From Octopus vulgaris (lineage: Eukaryota): a DNA stretch of 64,000 nucleotides. The stretch covers positions 31,992,001 to 32,056,000 of the forward strand of contig OX597818.1 in NCBI GenBank assembly GCA_951406725.2, given 5' to 3'. Both the position numbers and the translations under genes were made by a program. Positions 40,825-54,016 of this stretch are shown piece after piece. The notes below the pieces were generated by a model. It was not told the origin of the DNA. It saw only the letters and a list, made by a program, of their open reading frames with translations, and made no database searches. Numbering within the stretch: the first letter of the stretch is position 1; every line of letters starts with the position of its first letter.

Positions 40825-40872
<48 letters not shown>

Positions 40873-41153
40873 GATAAGAGACGGACAGACCATGAAACTG
40901 GGAATGTGTGCATGTGTGCATGAGTGTGAGTGTATATATGTTTATATTTGTGTACATACTCACACATACATACACGTATGTATATGGCAGTCATCAAATA
41001 CAAGATGTGTACGAAATTGTTGTCCTTTGAAACGCTTTGCTAACTTTCTGCCGATTAAAGATAAAAAATATATACATACACTGAGAGATCAAGTTCTATT
41101 TAATATGTTCATTTCACTATATATGTGTGCGTATGCATTTATGTATATGAACG

Positions 41154-41244
<91 letters not shown>

Positions 41245-41269
41245 TTATATATATATATATATCTATATA

Positions 41270-43148
41270 TGAACTCAAATGCTCCCATGAAAAAGAGAGG
41301 GCAGAAAGGATTGTCAAAAATATTACGACAAACTCTAACTATAGATATACAAAAGAATCTTCTTCAGTACGGTACAAAATAGAGCCACTACTGGAAGAAA
41401 ATGGTTCACCGACTGCTGACCCCCAGAGGATCAATGAAATTCTGAATGTGCAATACAGGAATTCTTTCACCTCTCCACTGGGACACTTTCAAGTAGTTAT
41501 GCTTAATGAGTTCTTTAGCCCCATAGATCTACACAACAAAATGGTAATTATTGACTGCACCAGCATAGAGGAAACTGATGTGATATCAGTCATTGACAAA
41601 ATGAGTTCAAACCCAGCAACAGGCCCTGATAGATTTCCAGCAATCCTCCTAAAGAAATGCCAAGGGGTTCTAGCAAGACCATTTCAGATTCTCTTCCAGA
41701 GCTTCCTCACAACAAGGATACCTCCCAAAAAGTTAAAGGAAGGCATTATATACCCTATTCATAAAGTAGCAGAGAAGATGCTAACTTCCTATATCAGCAA
41801 AGTCATGGAGCCCATTGTCAGGAAGAAAGTAATTGCCTTCCTTGATAATAATGATTTGCTTCCTGACACACAGCATGGCTTTCGCTCAGGCAACCTGCCT
41901 TACACAGCTTTTGCAATACTATGACTGGGTGTTGAAACAATTAATGAATCGCTCAAATGTAGATGTGATATATCTCAACTTTAGACTCGGCATAACTGGA
42001 AAAATCGGAGAGTTGTTGCATGACTTCTTAAAAGACAGAAGCCAGGCTGTAGCAGCCAAAGGAAACCTATCCACGGAGATATTAATAGAAAGTGGAGTAC
42101 CTCAGGGAACTGTATTGGGGCCACTGCTGTTCATGGTGGCGCTTTCAGACATGCTATATGTTACACAAATAGCTACACTTATTATGCCGACGACACAAAA
42201 GTAGTACAAGTAGTCAGAACCTTCTGATGCAAATCTTCTACAGAAATGGGCTGAGGGCAACATGCAATTTAATGCAGGTAAACTCTAAGCCGTCCGCTAT
42301 TAGCTAATTGGTGGTCAGAATTCAGAACAACGATACTTTGGACCAAAAAGAGCGGCAATCCTAGAGACACATACGGTGAGTGATCTTGGGATTGATATGA
42401 GCAACGATGCCTCATTTCACATGCATGTCACCAAGATGGAGGCAGTGTGCAGGCGAATGACCGGGTGGATTCTGGGAACCTTCAGAAGAAGGGACCAGGA
42501 AACTATGCTGATCCTATGGAAGACATTTGTCCTCAGCCATCTGGACTACTGCTCTCAACTGTGGTCACCCTTACACCGTTGGCTTAATAGCAGTACTTGA
42601 AGTGGTTCAGCGATACTACACTTGGAAGATTGCATCAATGAAACAGCTGAGCTGCGGGGAGAGACTGAAAGAGCTACGAATCCACACCCTGGAGCGAAGA
42701 CGGGAGATGTATGCAGTTATATATGTAGGGAATATACTGCGGGGGTGGGGGGCTGGCACTAAGCTTTGGAATTGAGAGTCATACCAGACCTCGAAATGGA
42801 TGTCACTGTACTGTTCCAAAAGTCTCTGCTGTCTCATCTAAGGCGAGGAACATGTACTGCAATAGCTTGGGATTCAAAGGCCCACATCTATTTAATTCCT
42901 TGCCAAAACATCTGAGGGATTTCCATGGAGTGGGAGTAGATGTTTTCAAGAAACAACTTGACCTCTTGCTATCCAAGATCCCAGATGGACCAATATCAAG
43001 ATAGGAAACTCAAAAGAGAGCAACGGTATCGAACTACCTCTTCCACCAAAGGTCAATCTCGTAGAATTGGACAATTAACACGTGATTACACGGGCGGTGC
43101 CCCAGCATGGCCGCAGCCACAGGGCTGAAACATATAAAAGATAAAAGA
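41270..43148 (+). mobile_element. 5'-truncated decayed LINE (CR1/L2-group reverse transcriptase) with intact 3' end
   Basis: Frameshifted ORFs with ATGPDRFPAILLK, QHGFRSG, GVPQGTVLGPLLF, YADD (tatgccgacgac ~42183), SHLDYCSQLWSP, LERRRE; 3' tail at 43093-43148. Confidence 0.85.
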
Positions 43149-43861
43149 ATATATATGAAATTTATTAGTGAGAGATTATCCACCCGGGCAAAATATTTTG
43201 TAAGCTCTTTGTTGGTACACCAGGATGGCATTATTGTTTAGATTAGTAAATAATTCCCCGTATTCTTGTGGCATGGATGGAAGTCCATCACCATTCTATA
43301 TTGTAAATCCACGGTTGCGTTCCAGTTATAGGCAAGACATGAATAAAGGTCATTGGCCATTATGTATGCCTTGTATTGTATGTATATGCGAGCGCACGCG
43401 CACACACACACACACACACACACATAATCACAATTTAGATTAGTTGAAATGTTTGTCACATATCGCAACTGCTAAAGGCAAGGACACTACAGTTACCGTG
43501 GGGAAAAATCTCTTATAGTAAAAAGGTGTGAAAACACCCCGTTCGTTCAGTGTCGCCCTCTCTCGGGAATCTCAGACATCGATGTTTCGAGTTTACACAT
43601 ATGCTTTCGGTGCGAAGGCTTTTTTTTTTTATATACGGCGCCGTTTTTACAATCCTGTAAATAATAATAATGGTTTTTTTTTTATATAAGCCTAATGCTT
43701 ATGGCGATCGCCGTGCAATGATTAAGGAAAATTGTCTAATACGCGCGGGAATCGCCATAAGCTTTAGGCTTATATAAAAAGCCATTATTATATACTTACA
43801 TATATTGCAAGATTCTTGATGTGAATTCGTGAGTTGAGACAGATATTGTTGTAATATACGA

Positions 43862-44045
43862 GCTGAAAATTTACTGGCTTTAAGGTTACTGCGAAAGTCT
43901 GATTGGAAGACTAACATTCCGAGTTCTTTTAGGGATTAGAAAAACTGAAGAAACTCTGCAAAACGTGTGTGAATTTGAGAGAGGAATATACTGAATAAAT
44001 TCATAATCAACTGATCTTCCTCTATTTTCTTTTACCCAAAGCTTT
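43862..44045 (+). mobile_element. Mariner 3'-end remnant
   Basis: gtgtgtgaatttgagagaggaatatactgaataa resembles the CVNLRGEYVE* C-terminus; homologous to 25898-26035. Confidence 0.6.
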
Positions 44046-44058
44046 TCATTACCTCTCG

Positions 44059-44109
<51 letters not shown>

Positions 44110-44213
44110 GTTTGTGTGTGTGTGTGACCGCGTGTGTATCGTTGGCGATTTTCTTTCTCCGTCTTGAATAATAGCAGATCAGTCAAGTGCCTTGTTTTAA
44201 ATGCTATCTGGTA

Positions 44214-45113
44214 TACGGAGTATCTGAGGTATATAAGTATCCGGACTGTTGCACTAGTAACAAAGCTAAAGCACGCAGAGTAAGGCCGCTTGGCAAAGAT
44301 TGACCTTAGATACTGCTGTGCATGTGCATTAAGTTTTAACGTTCCAGCTCACTTCCGCTGTTTACACCAGTGCTTGGAATGAAGATGTGTTGCGTGTGAT
44401 CGTTGCATTGACCATGGCAGAGAAAGTTTTCATGTCGATACCGGCTCAGACGCCAACGCAAAGTTGCAGAAAGTGTATGGAGAAGAGTGTATGAGCCGCA
44501 CACAAGTGTACGAGTGGTTCAGACATTTCCGAGATTGCCGAAAAAATGATGATATTGACGAACGTACTCGGACACCCGCAACCAGCAGAACTGAGAATAG
44601 CATCACAGATATGTGTACAACTGTGAGAGGAAATCGTCGAATCACCATTCGTGAGTTGTCAGAGGATGTGCAGATTAGTTACCGTTCAGTTCAGTCCATT
44701 ATCACTGAAGATTTGTGAGCGAGACGCGTGTCTGCCAAGTTTGTGCCAAAACTACTTCAAGGTAACCAAAAAGACACTTGGGTTTCAGTTGCACAAGATT
44801 TCCTTGAATGTGTTGAGAACGATGAAATTTTTTGAAAACTTTGCGTAGGCCTCTGAACAGGTATCGTCATGCTTTTGACAAAATTTGATGCAGATTCTCA
44901 GCTCAACTTTCTGTCATTGTCAATGCGACGATCACACGCCACGCACCTTCCTTCCAAGCACTGTTGTATACAGAGGAAGTGAGTTAGAACGTTAAAACTT
45001 AGTGCACATGCACAGCAGTGTTCATTGTCAATCTGTGCCAAGCGGCTTTCCCTATCGTGCTTTAGCTTCGTTACTATGGCAACAGTTCGGATATTTATTG
45101 ATCAGAGCACGTA
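44214..45113 (+). mobile_element. ~900-bp non-autonomous mariner derivative with ~200-280 bp inverted arms
   Basis: 44236-44428 is the reverse complement of 44904-45096; centre encodes KVYGEECMSRTQVYEWFRHF and RRITIRELSEDVQIS HTH motifs; TA at ends. Confidence 0.85.
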
Positions 45114-45336
45114 CTTTATCGTGTATAGTTACAGCAGCACAATGTTAGGGCTATGTTTGTTGCAGTGGAAATTATATTTATTTATGTAACACAAAGAACT
45201 TTTATTTTCTTCGATATGTAAACATCATTGTTATACCAGAGGATAAAATTTATACATTGAAGTAGATGGATTATTTTCACTAGCACCAATGTCAAACCCA
45301 TTTTCCACATACTCATTTCATACAGTTGCAATATAT

Positions 45337-45567
45337 ATTTCTTTACTACCCACAAGGGGCTAAACACAGAGGGGACAAACAAGGACAGACAAACGGATTA
45401 AGTCGATTATATCGACCCCGGTGTGTAACTGGTACTTAATTTATCGATCCCGAAAGGATGAAAGGCAAAGTCGACCTCGGCGGAACTTGAACTCAGATCG
45501 TAACAGCAGACGAAATACGGCTACGCATTTCGCCCGGCGTGCTAATGTTTCTGCCAGCTCGCCGCCT
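45337..45567 (-). mobile_element. SINE family B monomer with TSD
   Basis: atacagtt(g/a)caatata at 45320-45335 and 45571-45586. Confidence 0.85.
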
Positions 45568-46651
45568 TTAATACAGTTACAATATATTTTAGCAAAAATT
45601 CTGTTGATGTTGCTTAGCTCCAGCATGGACTTGATTAAAGGCATTCAAGTCTCGGTCATTCAGTAGTGTGCTTTCAGATATTTATGGCTGTATTGTGCAA
45701 TATGTTACATAGGATGGTGATGGTGGTGTTGGTGGGAGATATTCGAGTACAGAAGATATGACAGAGATTTCTTGCAGCTCCATTGTCAACCACGAAGCTC
45801 CTTGTAAACATATTCATGTATGCGCATGTATGAAGCACACGAATTACAGAAATATCCGTGGGTGAATATATTGTAGATATACGCAGACGTACATTCTATT
45901 TTCTGAAGTTATGTTTCCATGTCTGACCAATTACATACCCGTGTTCGTATCCATATAAATGTATACATCAGTAGAATTGTGTGCATGAGTGCGAGCGTGA
46001 GTTTGTATGTGTTCGTGTGAGTGTGCGTGAGTATGTAATAAGAGTATGTGTGTGTGTGTGTGTGTTGCTTGCATGATCGTATGCTCTTCATTCGTTCATA
46101 ATAAAAGTGCTATTTACAGTTAAAAGAGAAGCTGGGATGATTACGAATTACTAGAGACTATGTAAATAGGTGGAAGGATTTTCACTCAGAAATCGTATAA
46201 TTTAGTCTATTGGAAAGTAATTTTTAGCTGAAATCGTAATCTAAATGTCGAAACTGCCATTTCTTGAATAATTCCTTGATTCACGTATAGAATCCGATTA
46301 TCAGGTCGTGTACAAGGATTTGAATAGGAGGTAGATAATAGGATATATTCTGTAGAAATCTTCAATAGTTTTGTTAAAACATCGGATAACCTGGTGAAGC
46401 TACGCTCTTCGGGGAAATTTTCCGCTTGGTAACATGTCACTGGGAATTGCATACTTAGAAGAAGCGTTAAAAACGTAATAACGCTTAATAGACGAGATTT
46501 GTTCAGCGTTCAGTAAACTAATTCGTGAAGACCTGAAATTTCAACGGAAGTGACGCCATTTTTATTAATCTCTAAGATAAGTAGTAATTCTATGATGTTC
46601 CAGTCTCTAACTAAATGTTTTATATGTAATTTAAAGCGGTGTCGTTGCTGC

Positions 46652-46768
46652 CATCCTCCTCCTCCTCCTCCTTCTTCTTCTTCTTCTTCTTCTTCTTCTT
46701 CTTCTTCTTCTTCTTCTTCTTCTTCTTCTTCTTCTTCTTCTTCTTCTTCTTTTTCTTCTTCTTCTTCT

Positions 46769-46814
<46 letters not shown>

Positions 46815-46848
46815 GCTACTGCTACTGCTGCTGCTGCTGCTGCTGCCG

Positions 46849-46888
<40 letters not shown>

Positions 46889-46890
46889 CA

Positions 46891-46921
<31 letters not shown>

Positions 46922-46922
46922 C

Positions 46923-46956
<34 letters not shown>

Positions 46957-46958
46957 TC

Positions 46959-46994
<36 letters not shown>

Positions 46995-47007
46995 GGTGCT
47001 GCTGCCG

Positions 47008-47045
<38 letters not shown>

Positions 47046-47114
47046 GCCACCACCACCACCACTACTACTACTACTACAACTACCACCACCACCACCACCA
47101 CCACCACCACCACC

Positions 47115-47186
<72 letters not shown>

Positions 47187-47187
47187 G
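46652..47187. repeat. Compound in-phase trinucleotide array (CCT/CTT/CTA/CTG/CCA)n
   Basis: Seen directly; ~535 bp with the triplet register kept. Confidence 0.95.
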
Positions 47188-47189
47188 GA

Positions 47190-47409
47190 GTGCTGGATTG
47201 ACGGAACCATTAAATCGCCATAAAGAATGCTTTGCGGCATTCGTTTCGTCTCTTTATGTTCTAGGTTGACATTTCGTTGAGGTGAACTTCGCTTTTCATC
47301 TTTTAGAATTCGATAAAAATAAAGTACCAGCTCTGCACTGGGTCGATGTACTGTGTCTCAAAAGTACTTGCTTTGTGCCTAAATCGTAAACCATTATTAT
47401 TATTATTAC

Positions 47410-47445
<36 letters not shown>

Positions 47446-47502
47446 TATTAATATTACTATTATTATTATTATTACTATTATTATTATTATTATTATTATT
47501 AC

Positions 47503-47565
<63 letters not shown>
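47190..47565 (+). mobile_element. Degraded SINE B2 with long (ATT)n tail
   Basis: gcggcattcgtttcgtctctttatgttct..gataaaaataaagtaccag..tttgtgcctaaatcgtaaaccatt then (ATT)n at 47392-47565. Confidence 0.65.
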
Positions 47566-49409
47566 TTCATAGTCTCAGGTTAATTTCTAATACTTCATTC
47601 GTCGGTACACTTCCGTGTACCTGAAGTCCATGCAGTATTGTGTTTCCAAGTTTTTTTTTTTTTTTGGTTTTGCGAGAGTGAAGACTCTTCCTGTTACTGC
47701 ATTGTATCAGTTTGGTTTGTTATGGAGTTTGGCTCGAGTCTTTTGTTGTATTAGTATTTGCATTGTGTCATGCGTATAATGCGACTTGCCGTCGTTCTGT
47801 TGGATATCTATCCCGTAGAGTACATGTTGAGGGTAGTCTATTCTATTAGATGTGTATTGAACAGAATGTGTCCTGGGTTTGTGGATTGTTTTATTTAGAT
47901 TAACCCCTAGCTCTACTGATTGCTCAGATGAGGTTTCGCAATGTTCATGAGAATGAACTCACCATTACTATCAACGACTGACGTGTTGTACATTCTGAAG
48001 ACATCGCTATTCGGGAAGAAACCTTTAAATGCAATTCCACAAAGATTACAATATCGAATCTACAGCTCTACTGAAAAGAAAAAAGAAAATGTATTAGCTT
48101 TGCAGAATGGCTCGTTTTCCACTGACATCTTGTAAGAAAGCAGCAGAAGAAAGTTAAAGGATCAAATTGAGTTCATAATAAGATATGCCAATTTAATTGA
48201 CAGATTGGGAATGCGGTGAGATTTGACTCAATGCCAAGTAGATTGTGGTTATTTGATTGATCTGCTGGCTAGATTTTATTGACCTTTGCTCTGGCGGGGT
48301 CTGTTTCTCTGAACTTGCAACTAGCCGCCACCATGTCCAGCGTTCCGACCATCTGACAGATGTTAGCCATATCGTTAGATCATACAAAGTAAAAAAGCAA
48401 AACAAAAGCAAAATACTATGTACAGTGGTGTTGCGTGTATATGCACTTATGTTTACACAGACACACACACACACACACACAAACACACGCACACATATAC
48501 ATACACACACGCACTCACGCACACACACATATATATACATGCACACACACATATACATACATGCACGCACACATATACATACATGCACACACACATATAT
48601 ATACATACATATATATATATTATATATATTTATACACATATATATGTATATATACACACAAATATATATATATATATTCACAAACATGCATTATATAAAT
48701 ACATATACATATATATGTGTGTATCTGTATGTATGTGTATATACAAACATACATACATACATATATATATATAATATATGAGTGTGCGTATAAATATAAC
48801 ATATACATATATAAATATATATATATATGTGTGTGTGTGCATATATATATATATATATACGTACACACATATATATGCATGCATGTATGCTTAGATGTGT
48901 GTGTGTCAGTGTATGTGTGCGCGTGCTAGTGTATATGTGTATATATGGATTAAAAATGGAGGGTAGGGTGTACACACAGATACAATAAAGTGAAGAATAA
49001 CGAAAATAATACTGATAGACAAAACTGATACAGACTGATAGAAATAGAAAAATAGAATAATTTGACAAGCAATGACTTGAGTTTGAAGATATTTCTCAGT
49101 TTGGGAATACAAATTGTGTAGATTATTTTGTGTATGGAACCGTAAGGTGGTGAGCTTGACGGAATATATAACGAGCAAAGCAAAAAAAAAATAAAATAAT
49201 AGAAAATAAAAAAAAACACGGAAGTTCTTTTTCGGCGGTTCTTTCGTTTTTGAATTCTGAATTCAAATTCCGGTGCGGTCGATTTTGATTTTCATCCGTT
49301 CGTGATCAATGAAATAAGCAGCTTGGGTCGATGTAATTTAAGTCCTTCGACTAGTGTAATAAGGGTTATTACTATGGAAATCTAAATACATTTGTGTGTC
49401 TGTATCCGT

Positions 49410-49548
49410 ATATGCTTGCTAACCAACCACATTGTTCTGGGTTCATCCCCACTGCGTCGCATCTAGGGCACGTGTCTTCTACTATAGCCTCGGGCCGACC
49501 AAAAATTTGTGAGTGGATATGGTAGACGGAAACTGAAAGAAGCTCCTC

Positions 49549-49608
<60 letters not shown>

Positions 49609-49835
49609 GTATGTATGTATGTATATGTTTCTGTGTCTGTGTTTGTCCCCCACTATCGCTTGACAACCAGTGTTTGTGTGCTTACGTCCCCGTAACCCAG
49701 CAGTTCGGAAAAAAAGACCGATAGAATAAGTACTAGGCTTACAAGGAATAAGTCCTGGGGTCGATTTGTTCGACTAAAGGCTGTGCCCCAGCACAGCCGC
49801 AATCAAATGACTGAAACAAATAAGGGAATAAAAGA
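49410..49835 (+). mobile_element. SINE family A
   Basis: Match to family A, slightly 5'-truncated. Confidence 0.85.
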
Positions 49836-50839
49836 ATATATATACATGTATGCTTGTGTATTTCTTTTAGATTTTTTATAGCCTCTCTATGAATCCTAAA
49901 TTTTCATAGATCATTGCATTGTATCTCAACGATACTTTTTAAAATCTTTCTAATGCGATGTACACTTTCACACATCTATTGGGATGCTATATAATTTGAA
50001 GTCACCTGTGACTTAACGTGTCAGTAAAACAAAAGGCTAAGTTAGTTGTCATGTCACGTATCACTTCCACCAATAATGTCGCTGTCTGTAGATTTAGTTC
50101 TTTCCGCGCATAAGAAAATGGTCCAGGTTTTCTGATATCAACCTCGATGCCACTTGGCTAGCAAGTGTATTTTTCTATGGGTTTTTTTTTTATCTTTGAA
50201 TACTGAACTTTACTTTTCTAAGCTCAATTAAAGTTTATGAACTTTAACCTTTCGTGTTTACTCCCTAAATTCATCGAAATTTCGGATGCCGCTTGATGTC
50301 AAATTTCTTATTTACAGCAACACTTTTACTGCCATTTAGATTTATCTGAATTCTGAATTGTGGAGTAGAAAGAAGTAACCTTCTCTTTATGTGTCTTGAA
50401 ATTTCTTCACTGTGCTTTCTGTTTTCTTATATCGGCGAAATAGTGTCGGATGTAATTCTGTTCTTTCCCTACATATTTAGTACTGAATACTTCATTTACA
50501 GAAGCTATAAAGCAGTAATCCTGTACTGAGGTCGACAGCATCACCTAATGCCCTCGCTTCAAAACTGCTGGCAGTCTAAGCTCGGAAACCATCGACATCA
50601 CCATTTGGCGACGAGTGAGCAGAATCGTTAGCAGGCTGCAGGAAAATCTTTAGTAGCTTATTGTCTGTCTTTACGTTCTGAGTTCAAATTTCGCCGAGGT
50701 CTACTTAGTCTTTCAGCCTTTCGGGGGCCGGTAAAAATAGGCACCAGTCGATGTTATCGACTAAGCTCCTCCCTCAAAACTGATGGCTTTGCACCGAGAT
50801 TTCAAATCATATTTACCTTAGCAATGCTGATTGCGCAGG

Positions 50840-51453
50840 AAGGCGGTGAGCTGACCGAAACGTTAGCACGCCGGGTGAAATTCTTAGCGGTATTTCGTCT
50901 GCCACTACGTTCTGAGTTCAAATTCCACCGAGGTCGACTTTGCCTTTCATCCTTTCGGGGTCGATTAAATAAGTACCAGTTATGCACTGGGGTCGTTATA
51001 ATCGACTTAATCCGTTTGTCTGTCCTTGTTTGTCCCTTCTGTGTTTAGCCTCTTGAGGGTAGTGAAGAAATAGGTATTTCGTCTGCCGCTACGTTCTGAG
51101 TTCAAATTCCCCCGAGGTCGACTTTGCATTTCATCTTTTCGGGGTCGATTAAATAAGTACCAGTTACGCACTGGAGTCGATATAATCGACTTAATCCGTT
51201 TTTCTGTCCTTGTTTGTCCCCTCTGTGCATGGCCCCTTGTGGGCAATAAAGAAATAAGAAATATTAGCACGCCGGGCGAAATGCTTAGCGATATTTCGTC
51301 TGTCTTTACGTTCTGAGTTCAAATTCCGCCGAGGTCGACTTTACCTCTCATCCTTTCGTCGTCGATAAATTAAGTACGAGTTGCGTACTGGGTCGATCTC
51401 ATCGACTGGCCCCCTTCTCAAAAATTTCGGGCTTTGTACCTAGAGTAGAAAAG
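50840..51453 (+). mobile_element. SINE family B trimer (B + B + B2 tail) with 17-bp TSD
   Basis: aat(g/a)ctgattgcgcagg at 50823-50839 and 51454-51470; three tandem units. A separate older B2 copy lies at 50607-50810. Confidence 0.85.
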
Positions 51454-52129
51454 AATACTGATTGCGCAGGTAAGGTTTCACTGTTTCTGAAATATTTCTG
51501 TTTATTCATTTATTTTTTCTTTCTTCAAGATTCTTATCTTCAACGAATGTATCTGCCTTATGACAGTGAAACTTTCTCTAAGCTGTTAACAAGTGCTCTG
51601 ACTCGTTAACTTCTTTCTGAATATATTTTGTGATTCTGGCTTTCAATGTTAATCCCATTTAATCGAAAGTTAATACTTCATTCTTAAGCAATAATTGAAT
51701 ACTACTAATACTACTCCTACATTTTCTATTTACTGCGAATACCTCAAATAATTATCAGCAATTTTTCACTCACTACAGTTTTAATAGAGCAAGAGGTAAA
51801 TTTACAAAAGCTAAAAAGTACGATGCGATTTCAATAATTACTTGAAGTCGTTTAATATTTCCTTTCTCCAATGTCCTTATAAATGAAGAAGTTAAGACAA
51901 CTTCTTTATAAAGCCTGAGTGTTTTTCAATTCTTCCCTTTAAATTCGAGATCCAAACACATGTTAGTTTATTTTTATACTCCTCTTCGACGTCAATTATT
52001 TTATTATCTTTTGCACTTCAGTATCACTATACATGTTTTCTTCACGTTTTCTCGTATCAAAGCACATGCTTGTATATTATAACATATATTCGTATATCAT
52101 ATTACATATTTGGAATACCGTATCCCTAT

Positions 52130-53070
52130 CTGTCACTTAAACCATCGAAAAATAATCTAAGAGTCACAATGCACAAAGCACTCCATCTTGAAAATAGTAC
52201 CAACGGATTCTACTTACCAAGAAAGGAAGATGTGTTTTCTAAAATTAGAAAACACTGTTAATACTGCGATAGTTGGTCCGAAAATCGATGTTGCGAAGAG
52301 TAAAGAAAGAATACTATCGGCAGCCAAAGATACCCAAAAGGTGACCGAAACAGTAGGAGAATTCAAAGAGAGAAAGAAGAACAACAAAACAAACAAACGG
52401 AAAGAAATGGAACCACATGGCCAATTGGTGCAACAAATGGAAAATGGTGGAACTGAAGTCCGCTGGCACTGGTTGACGGACGCGAACTTGAAATGAGAAA
52501 CAGAGACGATAATTATAGCCACTCAGGAATAAGACCATAGAACAAATCTCATAACGACAAAGATCGATAGACAGCATGTGTAAAAGCTGCAGGAGAGGAG
52601 ACGAGAGTTTCCATCATATTTTGAATGAGTGCAGCATTCTAGCACAATAAGAGTATAATCACTTAAATGACTGTGTAGAGGAAAGAGTGCATTGGGATGT
52701 TAAGCAGATGTTTGGCTCCAAAACAACAGAAAAGTGGTATCAAAACGAACCAGAAACCTTGATAGAAAGATGAGAATTGCAAGATCTTGGGGAACTTCGC
52801 CATAAAGACTGACCATACTTCTAAGGCAAGAACCCCAGACATGATTGTAGAAGGCAAAATAAAGAAACAATGCAAGATCAGGAATTTTGCAATTCCCTCC
52901 AGTAGCAGAGTCGATGCCACAGAAATAGAAAAGATTTAAAAATACCAAGATCTAGCAAGAGAGTTGAGAAGACTGTGAAAGACCAAGACAACGGTTATTC
53001 CTGTAATAATTCGTGCACTTGGCACAAGACCCACAACGCTAGCTAAAAGAATGGAAGAGATTACAAGTGA
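52130..53070 (+). mobile_element. Decayed RLE-type non-LTR retrotransposon C-terminal region
   Basis: Remnants of HGQ..., ETETIIIA, EKWYQNEPETLIE, ARTPDMIV, DFAIP, EKYQDLAREL, VIPVII.ALG; many stops and frameshifts. Confidence 0.7.
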
Positions 53071-53250
53071 AATTTTGCATTATCGACCATATTTGTATAA
53101 AACTTTCTGTAGTGTATGTTAGGACACGGAGGCTAATATAAATGTACTCTAACATTATTGAAATCATTATTATTAATAAAGAAATCATCAACATCATTTC
53201 CATTATCCTCTAAGTTCTCCTCCTCCTCCTCCTCCTCCTCCTCCTCCTCC

Positions 53251-53282
<32 letters not shown>

Positions 53283-53449
53283 GTCATCAAAACGAGCAGC
53301 AGCAGTGTTGTTGCTGCTGCTTGTTTGGATGGTGGTAGGGATAATGGGGCGGACAATTTCTGTTATAGCCATGATGCAGTACACAAATTCTGCAAACACA
53401 GAAGGTATGTATGCATGCATGTATGTATGTATGTATGTATGTATGTATG

Positions 53450-53480
<31 letters not shown>

Positions 53481-53521
53481 GTATGATCATATATATATAT
53501 ATATATATATGTGTGTGTAAA

Positions 53522-53637
53522 TATTGGCCTGCTCGCTTAGCCAATGGGGTGGTTTCATTTGAAGGCTAAAACAATGTGAAGCACATTGTGACCGGCGATG
53601 TGTGGTAACATCTGATAGTCTGGTCGGTCACGGTGAT
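53522..53637 (+). mobile_element. Unclassified ~115-bp interspersed repeat in TA-rich context
   Basis: Second copy at 55857-55975 (tattggcctgctcgcttagcca..catctgatag.ctggtcg). Confidence 0.65.
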
Positions 53638-53639
53638 AT

Positions 53640-53850
53640 ATGTAAATATAATATGTGACAATTATTAGGTAGCCATGATGAAACTCCGAGTTCCGGATGT
53701 CGGGGCGGAAACCCACGTAGCTATTTCTTCGGTTATCGGGCCGATAACCGAAGAGATGGCTACCGAATAATTGTCACATATTTACAGATAAATTCCTCTA
53801 TTTACATAATATCGAGAGTTCTTTCAATCTTTTGTTGTCTTACCATTTCT
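53640..53850. mobile_element. Fold-back element with atypical hammerhead-like motif (53669-53724)
   Basis: gtagc-CATGATGA-aa-ctccga..tcgggg-cg-GAAA-cccacg-TA-gctat; inverted arms atatgtgacaattatt.ggtagccat / atggctaccgaataattgtcacatat; related to 11427-11590. Confidence 0.55.
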
Positions 53851-53968
53851 ATTTATGCATATGTATATGCATATGTATATACATACATATACATATATAT
53901 ATACATATATATACATAGATATATATACATATATATATATATACATACATACACACACACACACACGC

Positions 53969-54016
<48 letters not shown>

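Noticed and set aside
46550-47269. Poly-S/Y/H/K/L ORFs
   Set aside because: Trinucleotide microsatellite, open on both strands; no coding evidence.
48281-48375. Minus-strand short frame [29 protein letters not shown]
   Set aside because: Too short, weak donor, no recognisable homology.
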